Origin: an uncultured Veillonellaceae bacterium
GTDB taxonomy: Bacteria; Bacillota; Negativicutes; JARBTT01
Direction of reading: 5' to 3'
Assembly: GCA_963805085.1 (NCBI GenBank)
Contig: CAWDTA010000005.1
Span: 512,001 to 576,000, forward strand
Length of the DNA: 64,000 bases
Shown: piece by piece, positions 33,028-42,458 of the stretch
Numbering within the stretch: the first letter of the stretch is position 1
Layout of the letters: the number at the start of each line of letters is the position of its first letter
Position numbers and translations under genes: made by a program
The notes under the pieces: generated by a model
What the model saw: the letters and a program-made list of their open reading frames with translations, nothing else
Told to the model about the DNA's origin: nothing
The model's database searches: none

Positions 33028-33459
33028 ATGGAAGAGTTAGTTGCACTTCTACGGGAAAAAGGCTATAAGATCACACCACAGCGCAGGGCTGTGATTGCTG
33101 CTCTTTTGGAGAGTGAAAAGTTTCCTACGGCGCAGCAAGTGTTGGAGATTGTGAAAAAGACGAATCCAGATGTGAGTTTGGATACGGTGTATAGAAATTT
33201 GGGTCTTTTAATAGAGCTAAATATTGTGTATGAAATCAATACCCAAAGTAGTGCTGGCAATGTATTTGAAATCGTTCATATACACCATGAGCATCACCAT
33301 CATTTGGTATGCTTGGTATGTGGTAAAACAGAGTGTATTGATATTTGCCCAGTCAATCAAGACTATATTGCCGAAGTTGAGAAGCGTGGCTTTGAAGTTA
33401 CAGGGCATACGTTTGAGTTTTATGGAAAATGTCAAAAGTGTAGAGAAGCTAAATCATAA
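33028..33459 (+). CDS. zur: Fur family regulator, probably Zur
   Basis: TPQRRAV, TVYRNL, HHHHLVCLVCG, CQKC; upstream of a Zn-type ABC transporter. Confidence 0.85.
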   Translation: MEELVALLREKGYKITPQRRAVIAALLESEKFPTAQQVLEIVKKTNPDVSLDTVYRNLGLLIELNIVYEINTQSSAGNVFEIVHIHHEHHHHLVCLVCGKTECIDICPVNQDYIAEVEKRGFEVTGHTFEFYGKCQKCREAKS

Positions 33460-33478
33460 TTGCAGGGGGAAAAGACTC

Positions 33479-34270
33479 GTGTTAAGGAAATTTTTACACC
33501 ATAATAGCGCTAAGCAAGAAGAACAATGTAGTAAGCTATGTTGTACGAAAATTGAGGGCTTTGGTGTTACGATTGGAAAAACGGAAATTTTTAAAGATGT
33601 AAATCTTCACATCCATTGCGGTGAGTTAACAGCACTTATTGGACCAAATGGTGCTGGGAAGAGTACACTCTTAAAAGCTATTTTGGGTGAGATTGAGCAT
33701 GAAGGAAAGCTCAATTATTTTGATGCCAAGGGTGAACATACGGGAAATCCTGTGATTGGCTATGTGCCTCAGTATTTAAATTTTGATCTAAGTACACCGA
33801 CAAGTGTCATGGATTTGTTTATGAGTTGTTTGACAAATCTTCCAGCGTGGCTTTGTAGTTCCAATAAGCTAAGAGACCGGGTACTAGAAAATTTGCGACG
33901 TGTAAAGGCTGAGTACTTAATTGATCGTCGCTTGGGTGCTTTATCTGGCGGCGAGCTGCAACGTGTTTTGCTGGCGTTAGCGCTTGATCCTGTGCCCGAT
34001 TTATTATTACTAGATGAGCCAGTATCCGGGGTTGACCAAAATGGTTTGGAACTTTTTTATGAGATTGTTTCCGAGTTGAGAGCAAGTAATGACTTGGCGA
34101 TTATTTTGATTTCGCATGATTTAAGTTTGGTTGCCAAACATGCTGATCGTGTGGTGCTGTTAAATAAAACGGTGGTATGTAACGGATCGCCGGAGTTTGT
34201 CTTTAACAACGAAGAAACTCGTAAAGTTTTTGGTATGCTGGTTAGTCCAATGGATAAGGGGGCGAGATAA
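33479..34270 (+). CDS. znuC: Zn/Mn ABC transporter ATP-binding protein
   Basis: GPNGAGKST, GYVPQ, LSGGELQR, LLDEP; start moved to GTG 33479. Confidence 0.88.
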   Translation: MLRKFLHHNSAKQEEQCSKLCCTKIEGFGVTIGKTEIFKDVNLHIHCGELTALIGPNGAGKSTLLKAILGEIEHEGKLNYFDAKGEHTGNPVIGYVPQYLNFDLSTPTSVMDLFMSCLTNLPAWLCSSNKLRDRVLENLRRVKAEYLIDRRLGALSGGELQRVLLALALDPVPDLLLLDEPVSGVDQNGLELFYEIVSELRASNDLAIILISHDLSLVAKHADRVVLLNKTVVCNGSPEFVFNNEETRKVFGMLVSPMDKGAR

Positions 34271-35115
34271 TGTTAGAGAATGTTTATGGCATATTGGATG
34301 CTCTATTGCCTTATCAATGGATGGATCATAATTTTATGAAGAATGCTTTTTTAGCGGTTCTGATGGTAACGCCGCTTTTTGGTTTATTGGGTACGATGGT
34401 CGTTAGTAATCGGATGGCGTTTTTCTCGGATTCACTTGGACATGGCGCGTTTACTGGTATCGCCATTGGTGTGCTAATGGGAGGTGTACAACCGCTACTT
34501 TCTATTGTATTGTTTTCGATCGCATTTGCTATGATTATTACTTATATTAAAAGTAAAAGTAGTGCTTCCACGGATACGATTATTGGAGTGTTTTCTTCGA
34601 CGGCAATTGCGGTCGGGTTAATGATGATGTCGTATGGTGGTGGCTTTGGTAAGTTTTCATCCTATTTAATAGGTGATTTACTCAGCATATCCCCACTAGA
34701 ACTTGCTACATTATTCGGGGTGTTTTTGTTGGTAGTCGTAGTTTGGATGGTGATGTTTAATAAATTATTAATCATCAGTATCAATACAGCTTTGGCAGCA
34801 AGCCGTGGGATCAATACATTATTTATTGAAATGGTTTTTGCTGCGCTGCTTGCAGTTGTGGTGGCAATTAGTATTCAGTGGGTCGGACTTTTGATTATTA
34901 ATTCTATGCTTGTTTTACCAGCAGCCGCCGCGCGTAATATTACGAATAATGTAAAACAATATCATCTTGTTTCAGTAGTATTCGCTTTGTTTGCTGGAAT
35001 TACTGGACTTATTGCTTCTTATTATTGCAACACTGCAACAGGTGCAACCGTAGTATTGGTATCGGCAATCTTGTTTTTTGTTACGTTGATTTTGAAAAGT
35101 AGTATGGCTCGTTGA
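34270..35115 (+). CDS. znuB: Zn/Mn ABC transporter permease
   Basis: MAFFSDSLGH, YLIGDLL, LPAAAAR. Confidence 0.88.
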   Translation: MLENVYGILDALLPYQWMDHNFMKNAFLAVLMVTPLFGLLGTMVVSNRMAFFSDSLGHGAFTGIAIGVLMGGVQPLLSIVLFSIAFAMIITYIKSKSSASTDTIIGVFSSTAIAVGLMMMSYGGGFGKFSSYLIGDLLSISPLELATLFGVFLLVVVVWMVMFNKLLIISINTALAASRGINTLFIEMVFAALLAVVVAISIQWVGLLIINSMLVLPAAAARNITNNVKQYHLVSVVFALFAGITGLIASYYCNTATGATVVLVSAILFFVTLILKSSMAR

Positions 35116-35173
35116 TAGCTTGCATATATATTGAATGAGGTTTAATTATTTGCGACCTATATGGGGTGGATTT

Positions 35174-35422
35174 ATGATAGACCGAAGTCATTTGGAGGAT
35201 TTAGCGGAAACTTTTTTCTATGTAGATTTATTGAGTTCAATTATACTTCTTTATATTTATTATGAAAGAATAAGGTTAAATGATGCAGACGCTGCCGTCA
35301 TCGCCAGAGAAAAGCAAGAATTGAATGCGAAATTTGTATCCATCAATGATCGTATTGAAGCATTGGAAGAAAGTTTCAATACGATCGAAGATTTATTGCG
35401 ACAAATCATATGTGAAAAATAA
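35174..35422 (+). CDS. Small hypothetical protein (hydrophobic segment plus coiled coil)
   Basis: ORF with ATG after GGGGTG; no family recognised. Confidence 0.5.
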   Translation: MIDRSHLEDLAETFFYVDLLSSIILLYIYYERIRLNDADAAVIAREKQELNAKFVSINDRIEALEESFNTIEDLLRQIICEK

Positions 35423-35489
35423 ATTTACTTGACAATATAGTATTAACGTGATACTATTTCTTAGTAAGCTAATGGATAAGTTGGCGTAC

Positions 35490-35573
35490 GCGGGAGTGGC
35501 GGAATGGCAGACGCACCAGACTTAGGATCTGGCGCCGCAAGGTGTAGGAGTTCAAGTCTCCTCTCCCGCACCA
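35490..35573 (+). tRNA. tRNA-Leu(TAG)
   Basis: gcgggag/ctcccgc acceptor stem, ccaga-ctTAGga-tctgg anticodon arm, long variable arm, GTTCAAG, encoded CCA; TTGACA/TACTAT promoter upstream and terminator at 35585-35612. Confidence 0.97.
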
Positions 35574-35639
35574 TTTGAAATTATGACCCCTGTGAGAAAT
35601 CACGGGGGTTTTGTTACATAGTTAAAGATAGATAGTCTA

Positions 35640-35666
35640 GCAGGATAATTTATGATGTTGGCGAAT
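35640..35666 (+). promoter_or_regulatory. SigH-like promoter
   Basis: gcAGGA-N17-GAAT. Confidence 0.6.
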
Positions 35667-35708
35667 TTAAGAAAATAATATCAATCGTAAGTTAAAATCT
35701 AAATAACT

Positions 35709-35769
35709 GGCAATGTGGCCTATTATGATCGTTGGTAAAACTGATGATTATGATAGGCTTTTTCTTTTT
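35709..35769 (+). promoter_or_regulatory. ANTAR hairpin overlapping leader terminator
   Basis: ggc-AATGTG-gcc overlaps a 19-bp stem gcctattatgatcgttggt/actgatgattatgataggc (G-U allowed) plus T-run. Confidence 0.8.
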
Positions 35770-35800
35770 AGGCTTTGGTACGATTTCGCTCGGAGGTTTT

Positions 35801-37267
35801 ATGATGTTAACACAAAGACAGCTCATTCGATGTTTATGTTTAGAACATACGGATCTATCAACAGAAGATATTACAATTCTAGAAAATATGGCTGGTCAGC
35901 TTCAGGTAATAGCAACACTAACCAATACGGATGTTTTTATTGACACACTGAGTAATAATAGAGTGGATAGTATTGTCTTAGCATGGGCGCATTCTTCGGG
36001 TTCTCCACCTTTATATCGCAAGAGTGTTGTCGGTGAAATGGCTTATGCGACGCAGGAACCAGCTGTGTCACAAGCTCTTTTAACTGGGGAAAATTTTTAT
36101 AATATTCGTGGCGTTAGTCAGGAAGGGATACCAATTGCACAGACCGTAGTTCCTTTGCCTAATACTAGCGGTCAAATCATTGGTGTGCTAATTATGGAAA
36201 AGGATATTTCTGAAGAAATTCGCCAAGAAGAACAGGTCAAGTTTTTGACGCAGACCGCAGATCGTTTAAGTCAGACGTTGATGTCTTTAACAACTACCGG
36301 GTGTGGTTGGGAAGAATGGGTTGGAAATGGAATTTTTGTATTGAACAATCAAGGAAAAATTACTTATGCGAATAAACGCGCGACAGCTATCGTGGAAATT
36401 TTATATGAAGGAAACATCGAGAAAGAAAACTTAATGGCGATGTTGTCATTTACTTCTCTCCAAACAATGATTGAAAAATTGAATAAGCCTAGAAATTTTC
36501 AATTTGGTGATGCCAGCTATTTATTTCAGGCACATTCTTTAGTAACTGGTGGTGTTCTAAGTGGTTGTGTAGTATCTGTTCAAGATGTAACAGAATTACG
36601 GCAAAAAGAACGACAATTAGATATGCAGAGTATTATTATCGAAGAAATTAATCATCGTGTTAAAAATACATTGCAGAATGTAATTTCCTTGTTACGTTTA
36701 CAAATGCGTCGTTCTAGATGGAAGAGTGTGAAAAGTGAATTTACTTCTTGTATTAATCGAGTATTATCAATTTCTAAAGTGTATGAAGTTTTTACTTACC
36801 AATCGCGGGATCTTGTGAATTTATATGAATTGGCGGACTATATCTTAGAAAATATGGTTCAAAGTTCTGTCTTGCCAGAGCAAAATGTGAAAACTATAGT
36901 GGAAGGGCAGGATATTTTTATTCATGCGAGTCAAGCAGTTCCAGTGGCACTGGTCTTAAATGAACTCATTGCCAATTGTTTAAAACATGGGATCAAGGAT
37001 GCACCTTCTGGTGAAATCGATATTACACTCCAGCAATCGGGAGAAAGTATCAAGTTAAAAGTAATGGATAGTGGGAAAGAGGGGGAAATGTTGAACTATT
37101 CATCGGAAGGTAAAGACAGAAAACTGGGCTTGTATATTGTGAAACTATTAATCTGTGAACAATTGGGAGGTGATTTTGAATTAGAATCTTATGGAAAATC
37201 AGTGATTGCGAATCTTTCTATTCCTTTGTGTGGCGTTGTTAGTGAATATAAAAATAGTAAAGTATAG
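35801..37267 (+). CDS. eutW: EutW/PdtaS-like sensor histidine kinase (H_kinase_N, PAS, HisKA_2, HATPase)
   Basis: EINHRVKNTLQ, NELIANCLKHG; true start ATG 35801 after GGAGG, since the ORF-track start lies inside the terminator. Confidence 0.85.
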   Translation: MMLTQRQLIRCLCLEHTDLSTEDITILENMAGQLQVIATLTNTDVFIDTLSNNRVDSIVLAWAHSSGSPPLYRKSVVGEMAYATQEPAVSQALLTGENFYNIRGVSQEGIPIAQTVVPLPNTSGQIIGVLIMEKDISEEIRQEEQVKFLTQTADRLSQTLMSLTTTGCGWEEWVGNGIFVLNNQGKITYANKRATAIVEILYEGNIEKENLMAMLSFTSLQTMIEKLNKPRNFQFGDASYLFQAHSLVTGGVLSGCVVSVQDVTELRQKERQLDMQSIIIEEINHRVKNTLQNVISLLRLQMRRSRWKSVKSEFTSCINRVLSISKVYEVFTYQSRDLVNLYELADYILENMVQSSVLPEQNVKTIVEGQDIFIHASQAVPVALVLNELIANCLKHGIKDAPSGEIDITLQQSGESIKLKVMDSGKEGEMLNYSSEGKDRKLGLYIVKLLICEQLGGDFELESYGKSVIANLSIPLCGVVSEYKNSKV

Positions 37268-37282
37268 GAGGAGGGAAGGGGA

Positions 37283-37852
37283 ATGAAGCCATTATCTATT
37301 CTAATTGTAGAGGATGAAATATTAATACGGGTTGATATTAGAGAGATTTTAGAGCAGGTTGGTCATATCGTATGCGGGGAATGCGGTAGTGGAACACAAG
37401 CAATCAAATTAGCAAAGCTAACACAACCAGAAATGGTGATTATGGATATTACAATGCCGGGATTAGATGGTTTAGAAACAGCCCAGATCATGCATACGCT
37501 TAATATTCCCGTTATTATGGTCACGGCAAATAGTCAACCGAAAATGATCCAACGTGCTGAAAATGTGCATGTATACGGATATGTGATTAAACCGATATCG
37601 GAACAAAATCTTATTGCGACAATACAAATCGCGTTTGCTCGTTGGAAAGATATGTGCAGTGTACATAAGGAATTGGATAAAATCAAAGAAGATTTAGAGA
37701 ATCAAAAAATAATTGGCAAGGCAAGATCAATTATTCAAGATCGTTTGGGGATTTCTGCTCAACAGGCGCATAAACGCTTATTGCAAGAGGCGATGAAATA
37801 TCAGATGACGCTTGCAGAAATTGCAAAAAAAATCGTACAAAAAATAAAATAA
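37283..37852 (+). CDS. eutV: ANTAR-domain response regulator (EutV-like)
   Basis: Receiver (VEDE, MDITMP, KP) plus ANTAR (KIIGKARSII...AHKRL...AM...LAEIA). Confidence 0.88.
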   Translation: MKPLSILIVEDEILIRVDIREILEQVGHIVCGECGSGTQAIKLAKLTQPEMVIMDITMPGLDGLETAQIMHTLNIPVIMVTANSQPKMIQRAENVHVYGYVIKPISEQNLIATIQIAFARWKDMCSVHKELDKIKEDLENQKIIGKARSIIQDRLGISAQQAHKRLLQEAMKYQMTLAEIAKKIVQKIK

Positions 37853-37868
37853 AAAATAAGTAGTAGTA

Positions 37869-37895
37869 GCAGGATTATTATTAGATATGGCGAAT
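37869..37895 (+). promoter_or_regulatory. SigH-like promoter
   Basis: gcAGGA-N17-GAAT, same as 35640. Confidence 0.6.
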
Positions 37896-37952
37896 CATAC
37901 CTAATATAGAAATAATTGATATCAAAAGCATTGCTCTAAAAAGAAATAATGT

Positions 37953-38013
37953 GGCATTAACGCCTAATAAAGATGTTTACTTATGTTGACATTTTTATTA
38001 GGCGTTTATTTTT
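37953..38013 (+). promoter_or_regulatory. Leader terminator 1 with overlapping hexaloop hairpin
   Basis: ggc-ATTAAC-gcc; stem aacgcctaataaagatgt/acatttttattaggcgtt plus T-run. Confidence 0.75.
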
Positions 38014-38082
38014 ACCATAGAGAGGAGGCGAATCCTAGGAATAAATAGGTATTGCAGGTTTCAATAATTTCATTTCATAGCG

Positions 38083-38140
38083 GGCAATGTCGCCTATTAT
38101 AGTCCTTTCTTAGGAGAGGCTATAATGGGCGTTTATTTTT
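38083..38140 (+). promoter_or_regulatory. Leader terminator 2 with canonical ANTAR hairpin
   Basis: ggc-AATGTC-gcc; stem cgcctattatagtc/ggctataatgggcg plus T-run. Confidence 0.8.
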
Positions 38141-38172
38141 GTCTAATAACAATAATAAGGGGGAATGTAATC

Positions 38173-39564
38173 GTGGAGATAAGTAAAGTTGAAACAGGAA
38201 TAAATACGATGGAACAGTATGATAAAACCGATGAAAAGGCTAATCTTTCTCGGGTATTAAAGCCAATTCATTTATGGGCTTTAGCCGTTGGACTCGTTAT
38301 ATCTGGTAATTATTTTGGTTGGAGTTATGGTTTTGCAGCAGGTGGCGTTATGGGATTGGCTATTGCCTTAGTACCAGTGACTATTTTCTACGTTACCTTC
38401 ATTTTATCTTATTCAGAATTAGCAACAGCGATACCGCATGCTGGTGGACCATCTGCCTATGCACGTCGTGCTTTAGGAAAATTTGGTGGCTATATGAATG
38501 GTATCAGTTGTTTGATTGAATTTATATTTGCTCCACCTGCTATAGCTTTAGCGGTAGGCGGTTATATTCACGCTATTTTTCCACTGATTGACGTTATGCC
38601 AGCAACGGTTATCGCATTTTTATTATTTATTTTTATCAACTATTGGGGGATGAAAGTATCTGCTACTTTTGAATTGGTAGTAACAATTGTAGCTTTAGTT
38701 GGTTTAGTAGTTTATTGGGCTATGGCATTACCATATTTTGAAATGTCGCGTGTTATGACGACACCACTACTTCCGAATGGCTTCGACGGAGTTATGGCGG
38801 CAATACCGTTTGCTATTTGGTTCTATTTAGCAATTGAAGGTGGGGCAATGAGCGCTGAAGAAATGGTAAACCCACAAAAAGATATTTCCATTGGCTTCTT
38901 AAGTGGTATGGGGACATTGATGGTTATGGCATTCTTAACATTGTTCTTAACGGCAGGGATTACAGACGTTAAATCAATTGAGGCTGTTGATTTTCCATTA
39001 CCAATGGCGCTGAGTTCTATCTTTGGTGAAGGTTCTTTACCTGTCATGCTAATGAGTTGTATCGGCTTATTTGGTCTCGTTGCTTCTTTGCATGGAATTA
39101 TTCTTGGATATTCTCGCCAAGCGTATGCTATGGCACGTACTGGTTATTTACCTAAATTTTTAGCGTATGTTGATCCGAAACACCATACACCAGTATGGGC
39201 ACTTATTCTTCCTGGAATCTTAGGTTTGGGTGCTGCCTTGACTGGATTAACAGATGTAGTTATTACGATTTCCGTATTTGGCTCAGTTGCTATGTATATT
39301 ATTAGTTTGGTTAGCTTATTTGTATTGCGGACAAAAGAACCAGATCTTAAACGCCCATTTAAAGTTTCTTACCCAATTGTGCCAGCGATTAGCTTACTTA
39401 TCGCAATCTTCTGTTTGGTTAGCTTAGTGTATGCTTCTAGTAATATCCTGCCATATGTGTTAGGTGTTTATGTGTTGGCAATTGTTTACTATTTTATTTG
39501 GGGAAATAAAAATATTCGTCCATTTAAAGAAGAATTTGGTGTACTTGAAGAATTGGATAAATAA
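38173..39564 (+). CDS. eat: Ethanolamine permease (APC family)
   Basis: HLWALAVGLVISGNYFGWSYG, IPHAGGP, FAIWFYLAIEG; start GTG 38173 or ATG 38209. Confidence 0.92.
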   Translation: MEISKVETGINTMEQYDKTDEKANLSRVLKPIHLWALAVGLVISGNYFGWSYGFAAGGVMGLAIALVPVTIFYVTFILSYSELATAIPHAGGPSAYARRALGKFGGYMNGISCLIEFIFAPPAIALAVGGYIHAIFPLIDVMPATVIAFLLFIFINYWGMKVSATFELVVTIVALVGLVVYWAMALPYFEMSRVMTTPLLPNGFDGVMAAIPFAIWFYLAIEGGAMSAEEMVNPQKDISIGFLSGMGTLMVMAFLTLFLTAGITDVKSIEAVDFPLPMALSSIFGEGSLPVMLMSCIGLFGLVASLHGIILGYSRQAYAMARTGYLPKFLAYVDPKHHTPVWALILPGILGLGAALTGLTDVVITISVFGSVAMYIISLVSLFVLRTKEPDLKRPFKVSYPIVPAISLLIAIFCLVSLVYASSNILPYVLGVYVLAIVYYFIWGNKNIRPFKEEFGVLEELDK

Positions 39565-39666
39565 TATATTAGATTGTTGTTTCGCTTGAGGTTTATGGCT
39601 ATGCTATATAGTTGACTTTTATATAACATAGCCAGCCTAAGAGGGCAAAAGTTGAAGGTATTGTAA

Positions 39667-41058
39667 ATGAAAAATGAAATTTTAAGTGTTGGGATCGATA
39701 TTGGAACAACAACGACACAGGTGATATTCAGCCAGATCACAGTAGAAAGAACAGCTACTTCTACGATTCCTGAAATAAAAATTACCGATAAAGCAATAGT
39801 TTATAAAAGTGAGATTTATTTCACGCCATTAGTATCAAGGTATAAGATAGATTTAGAAAAATTAAAAGAGATCATTAAATCGGAGTATGATAAAGCGCAG
39901 GTGCAAAAACAAGAAATTTCTGTAGGTGCGATTATTATCACTGGAGAAACGGCACGTAAAGAAAATGCCGAAGAAGTACTAACGGCACTAGCTGATTTTG
40001 CTGGTGATTTTGTTGTTGCAACGGCGGGCCCTGACCTAGAATCCATATTAGCGGGTTATGGCTCAGGTGCTGCTGAAGCTTCGAAAAAATTTACAGAATA
40101 TGTTGTCAATTTTGATATTGGTGGCGGTACGACGAATGCCGCTGTATTTTGGGATGGCGAAGTCGTTGATTCTTTTGCTTTAGATATTGGTGGCAGATTG
40201 ATACAAATAGACACCCAAGGCATGATTCAATATATTTCAGATAAAATAAATCCATTGATTCATAGTTTGAACTTGAATTTAGCGATTGGTATGAAGCCTG
40301 AACTAACAGAACTAAAAGTGCTAACTGATGCTTTTGCTACGATGTTTTTACAAATGAATGGCAATCAAAAATTACATGAAGAAGTGGAAAGATTATTTAT
40401 TTTACATACACATAAAGGAATAGCAGCAGGGCATTTTATGTTTTCGGGTGGCGTTGCCGAATTTATTTATAGCGATACTGAGATCAGCAGCATGAAAGAT
40501 GTGATTCGTTTTGGTGATATTGGCCCTTTATTGGGATATTCTATCCGAAAAACTTTTAAGCAGTATCAAAATAGTTTGTTAGAACCTAAAGAAAAAATTA
40601 GAGCTACCGTGATCGGGGTGGGGAGTTATTCTGTAAAAATTAGTGGCAGTACCATTGTATTTGATAATGACGTTCTGCCACTTAGAAATATACCGATTAT
40701 TAAGCTTACAACGTTGGAGAACATGCAGGCTCTAATTCAGAAAAAAACGCAATTGTATGGAGATATTCCCGTAGCAATCGCATTTTCAGGGCCGAAAGCA
40801 CCCTCTTATTTACAAATTAAAGAGATGGCACAAGCAATCATAAAGGGTCTAGCAGAGAATCATCAGCCAATTATTGTGATTGTTGAACATGATTTTGCCA
40901 AAGCATTAGGGCAGATAATTGAGCATGCAATTTGTAAAACGAAGCAGGTAATTTGTATTGATAGAATCCAGGTTGATAATGGCGATTATGTAGATATCGG
41001 TAAATCCATTACCGATATTGTTCCTGTCGTTGTGAAAACGTTAATTTTTAAAAGTTAA
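39667..41058 (+). CDS. eutA: Ethanolamine ammonia-lyase reactivase
   Basis: SVGIDIGTTTTQ, ITGETARKENA, DIGGGTTN, VPVVVKTL. Confidence 0.94.
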   Translation: MKNEILSVGIDIGTTTTQVIFSQITVERTATSTIPEIKITDKAIVYKSEIYFTPLVSRYKIDLEKLKEIIKSEYDKAQVQKQEISVGAIIITGETARKENAEEVLTALADFAGDFVVATAGPDLESILAGYGSGAAEASKKFTEYVVNFDIGGGTTNAAVFWDGEVVDSFALDIGGRLIQIDTQGMIQYISDKINPLIHSLNLNLAIGMKPELTELKVLTDAFATMFLQMNGNQKLHEEVERLFILHTHKGIAAGHFMFSGGVAEFIYSDTEISSMKDVIRFGDIGPLLGYSIRKTFKQYQNSLLEPKEKIRATVIGVGSYSVKISGSTIVFDNDVLPLRNIPIIKLTTLENMQALIQKKTQLYGDIPVAIAFSGPKAPSYLQIKEMAQAIIKGLAENHQPIIVIVEHDFAKALGQIIEHAICKTKQVICIDRIQVDNGDYVDIGKSITDIVPVVVKTLIFKS

Positions 41059-41086
41059 AGGTTTATGAAAAGAGTAGGTGAGTTGA

Positions 41087-42445
41087 ATGATTTTAAAAAC
41101 TAGGTTGTTTGGTACAACATATGGCTTTAAAGATGTAAAAGAGGTTCTTGCCAAAGCCAATGAAGAAAAATCAGGGGATATTTTGGCCGGCGTTGCGGCG
41201 CGTGATACTGTAGAGAGAGTAGCGGCTAAAGTTGTACTATCGGAATTGACGCTTGAAGATTTGCGCAATCATCCAGTAGTTCCTTATGAAGAAGATGATG
41301 TGACAAGAGCAAATCAAGATGGGATAGATAAAAAATCTTTTCAAAAAATTAAAGCGATGACCGTAGGTGGTTTTAGAGAATTTATATTAAAATCTAGTGG
41401 AAGTGAAATCAAAGGAATTAGAGAGGGATTAACATCCGAAATGATTGCCAGTGTTACGAAACTAATGAGTAATATGGATTTGGTGTATGCAGCTAAAAAA
41501 ATACACAATCTAGCCACTTGTAATACTACCATTGGCGAAATAGGTACATTGTCAGCAAGATTGCAACCTAACCATGCCACCGACGATTTAGCGGGGATTA
41601 TGGCATCTACGATGGAAGGAATCAGTTATGGGATAGGTGATGCGGTCATTGGATTAAATCCTGCAGTTGACAGCATTGATAGTATATCTGCCATTTTAAA
41701 CGGTTTTAAAAATTTTATGGTCAAATGGGATATTCCAACACAAAATTGTGTATTGGCGCATGTTACAAGCCAGATGGCAGCTTTACAAAAGGATGTTCCT
41801 ATGGACTTAATGTTTCAAAGTTTAGCTGGCTCGCAAGTAGGCAATATCGCGTTTGGTATCACAGTTAAGCTCATGGATGAAGCCTATGCATTAATGAAGG
41901 AAAAAAAGAGTTCTACTGGACCTAATTTTATGTATTTTGAAACAGGTCAAGGATCAGAACTATCTTCTGATGGTCATCATGGTGCAGATCAATTAACTAT
42001 GGAAGCAAGATGCTATGGTTTAGCGAAACGCTATCATCCGTTCTTGGTCAATACAGTGGTTGGCTTCATTGGTCCAGAGTATTTATATGATGGTCGGCAA
42101 ATGATCAGAGCAGGACTGGAAGATCATTTTATGGGCAAATTAACTGGTTTACCTATGGGGGTAGATGTGTGTTATACCAATCATATGAAAGCCGATCAAA
42201 ATGATTTAGAAAATTTAGCACTACTTCTTAATTCAGCGGATTGTACCTATGTAATGGGGATTCCTGGTGGCGATGATGTGATGTTGATGTATCAGACAAC
42301 CAGTTATCATGATGTTGCTGCGATGCGAGAAATTAGTGAAAAAAAACCAATAAAAGAGTTTAATAAAAGAATGGAAGAATTGGAAATTTTGCAAGACGGC
42401 AAACTGACAAACAGAGCTGGCGATCCTTCCATTTTTACAATTTAG
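41087..42445 (+). CDS. eutB: Ethanolamine ammonia-lyase large subunit
   Basis: RLQPNH, YFETGQGS, NTVVGFIGPEYLY, CYTNH. Confidence 0.96.
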   Translation: MILKTRLFGTTYGFKDVKEVLAKANEEKSGDILAGVAARDTVERVAAKVVLSELTLEDLRNHPVVPYEEDDVTRANQDGIDKKSFQKIKAMTVGGFREFILKSSGSEIKGIREGLTSEMIASVTKLMSNMDLVYAAKKIHNLATCNTTIGEIGTLSARLQPNHATDDLAGIMASTMEGISYGIGDAVIGLNPAVDSIDSISAILNGFKNFMVKWDIPTQNCVLAHVTSQMAALQKDVPMDLMFQSLAGSQVGNIAFGITVKLMDEAYALMKEKKSSTGPNFMYFETGQGSELSSDGHHGADQLTMEARCYGLAKRYHPFLVNTVVGFIGPEYLYDGRQMIRAGLEDHFMGKLTGLPMGVDVCYTNHMKADQNDLENLALLLNSADCTYVMGIPGGDDVMLMYQTTSYHDVAAMREISEKKPIKEFNKRMEELEILQDGKLTNRAGDPSIFTI

Positions 42446-42458
42446 GAGTGAGCATAGT

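Noticed and set aside
33224-33478. Long N-terminal extensions in the ORF track (znuC; also FadR 4008, eutW 35732, eat 38125, cobC 45029)
   Set aside because: They overlap upstream genes or terminators; downstream starts have proper RBSs
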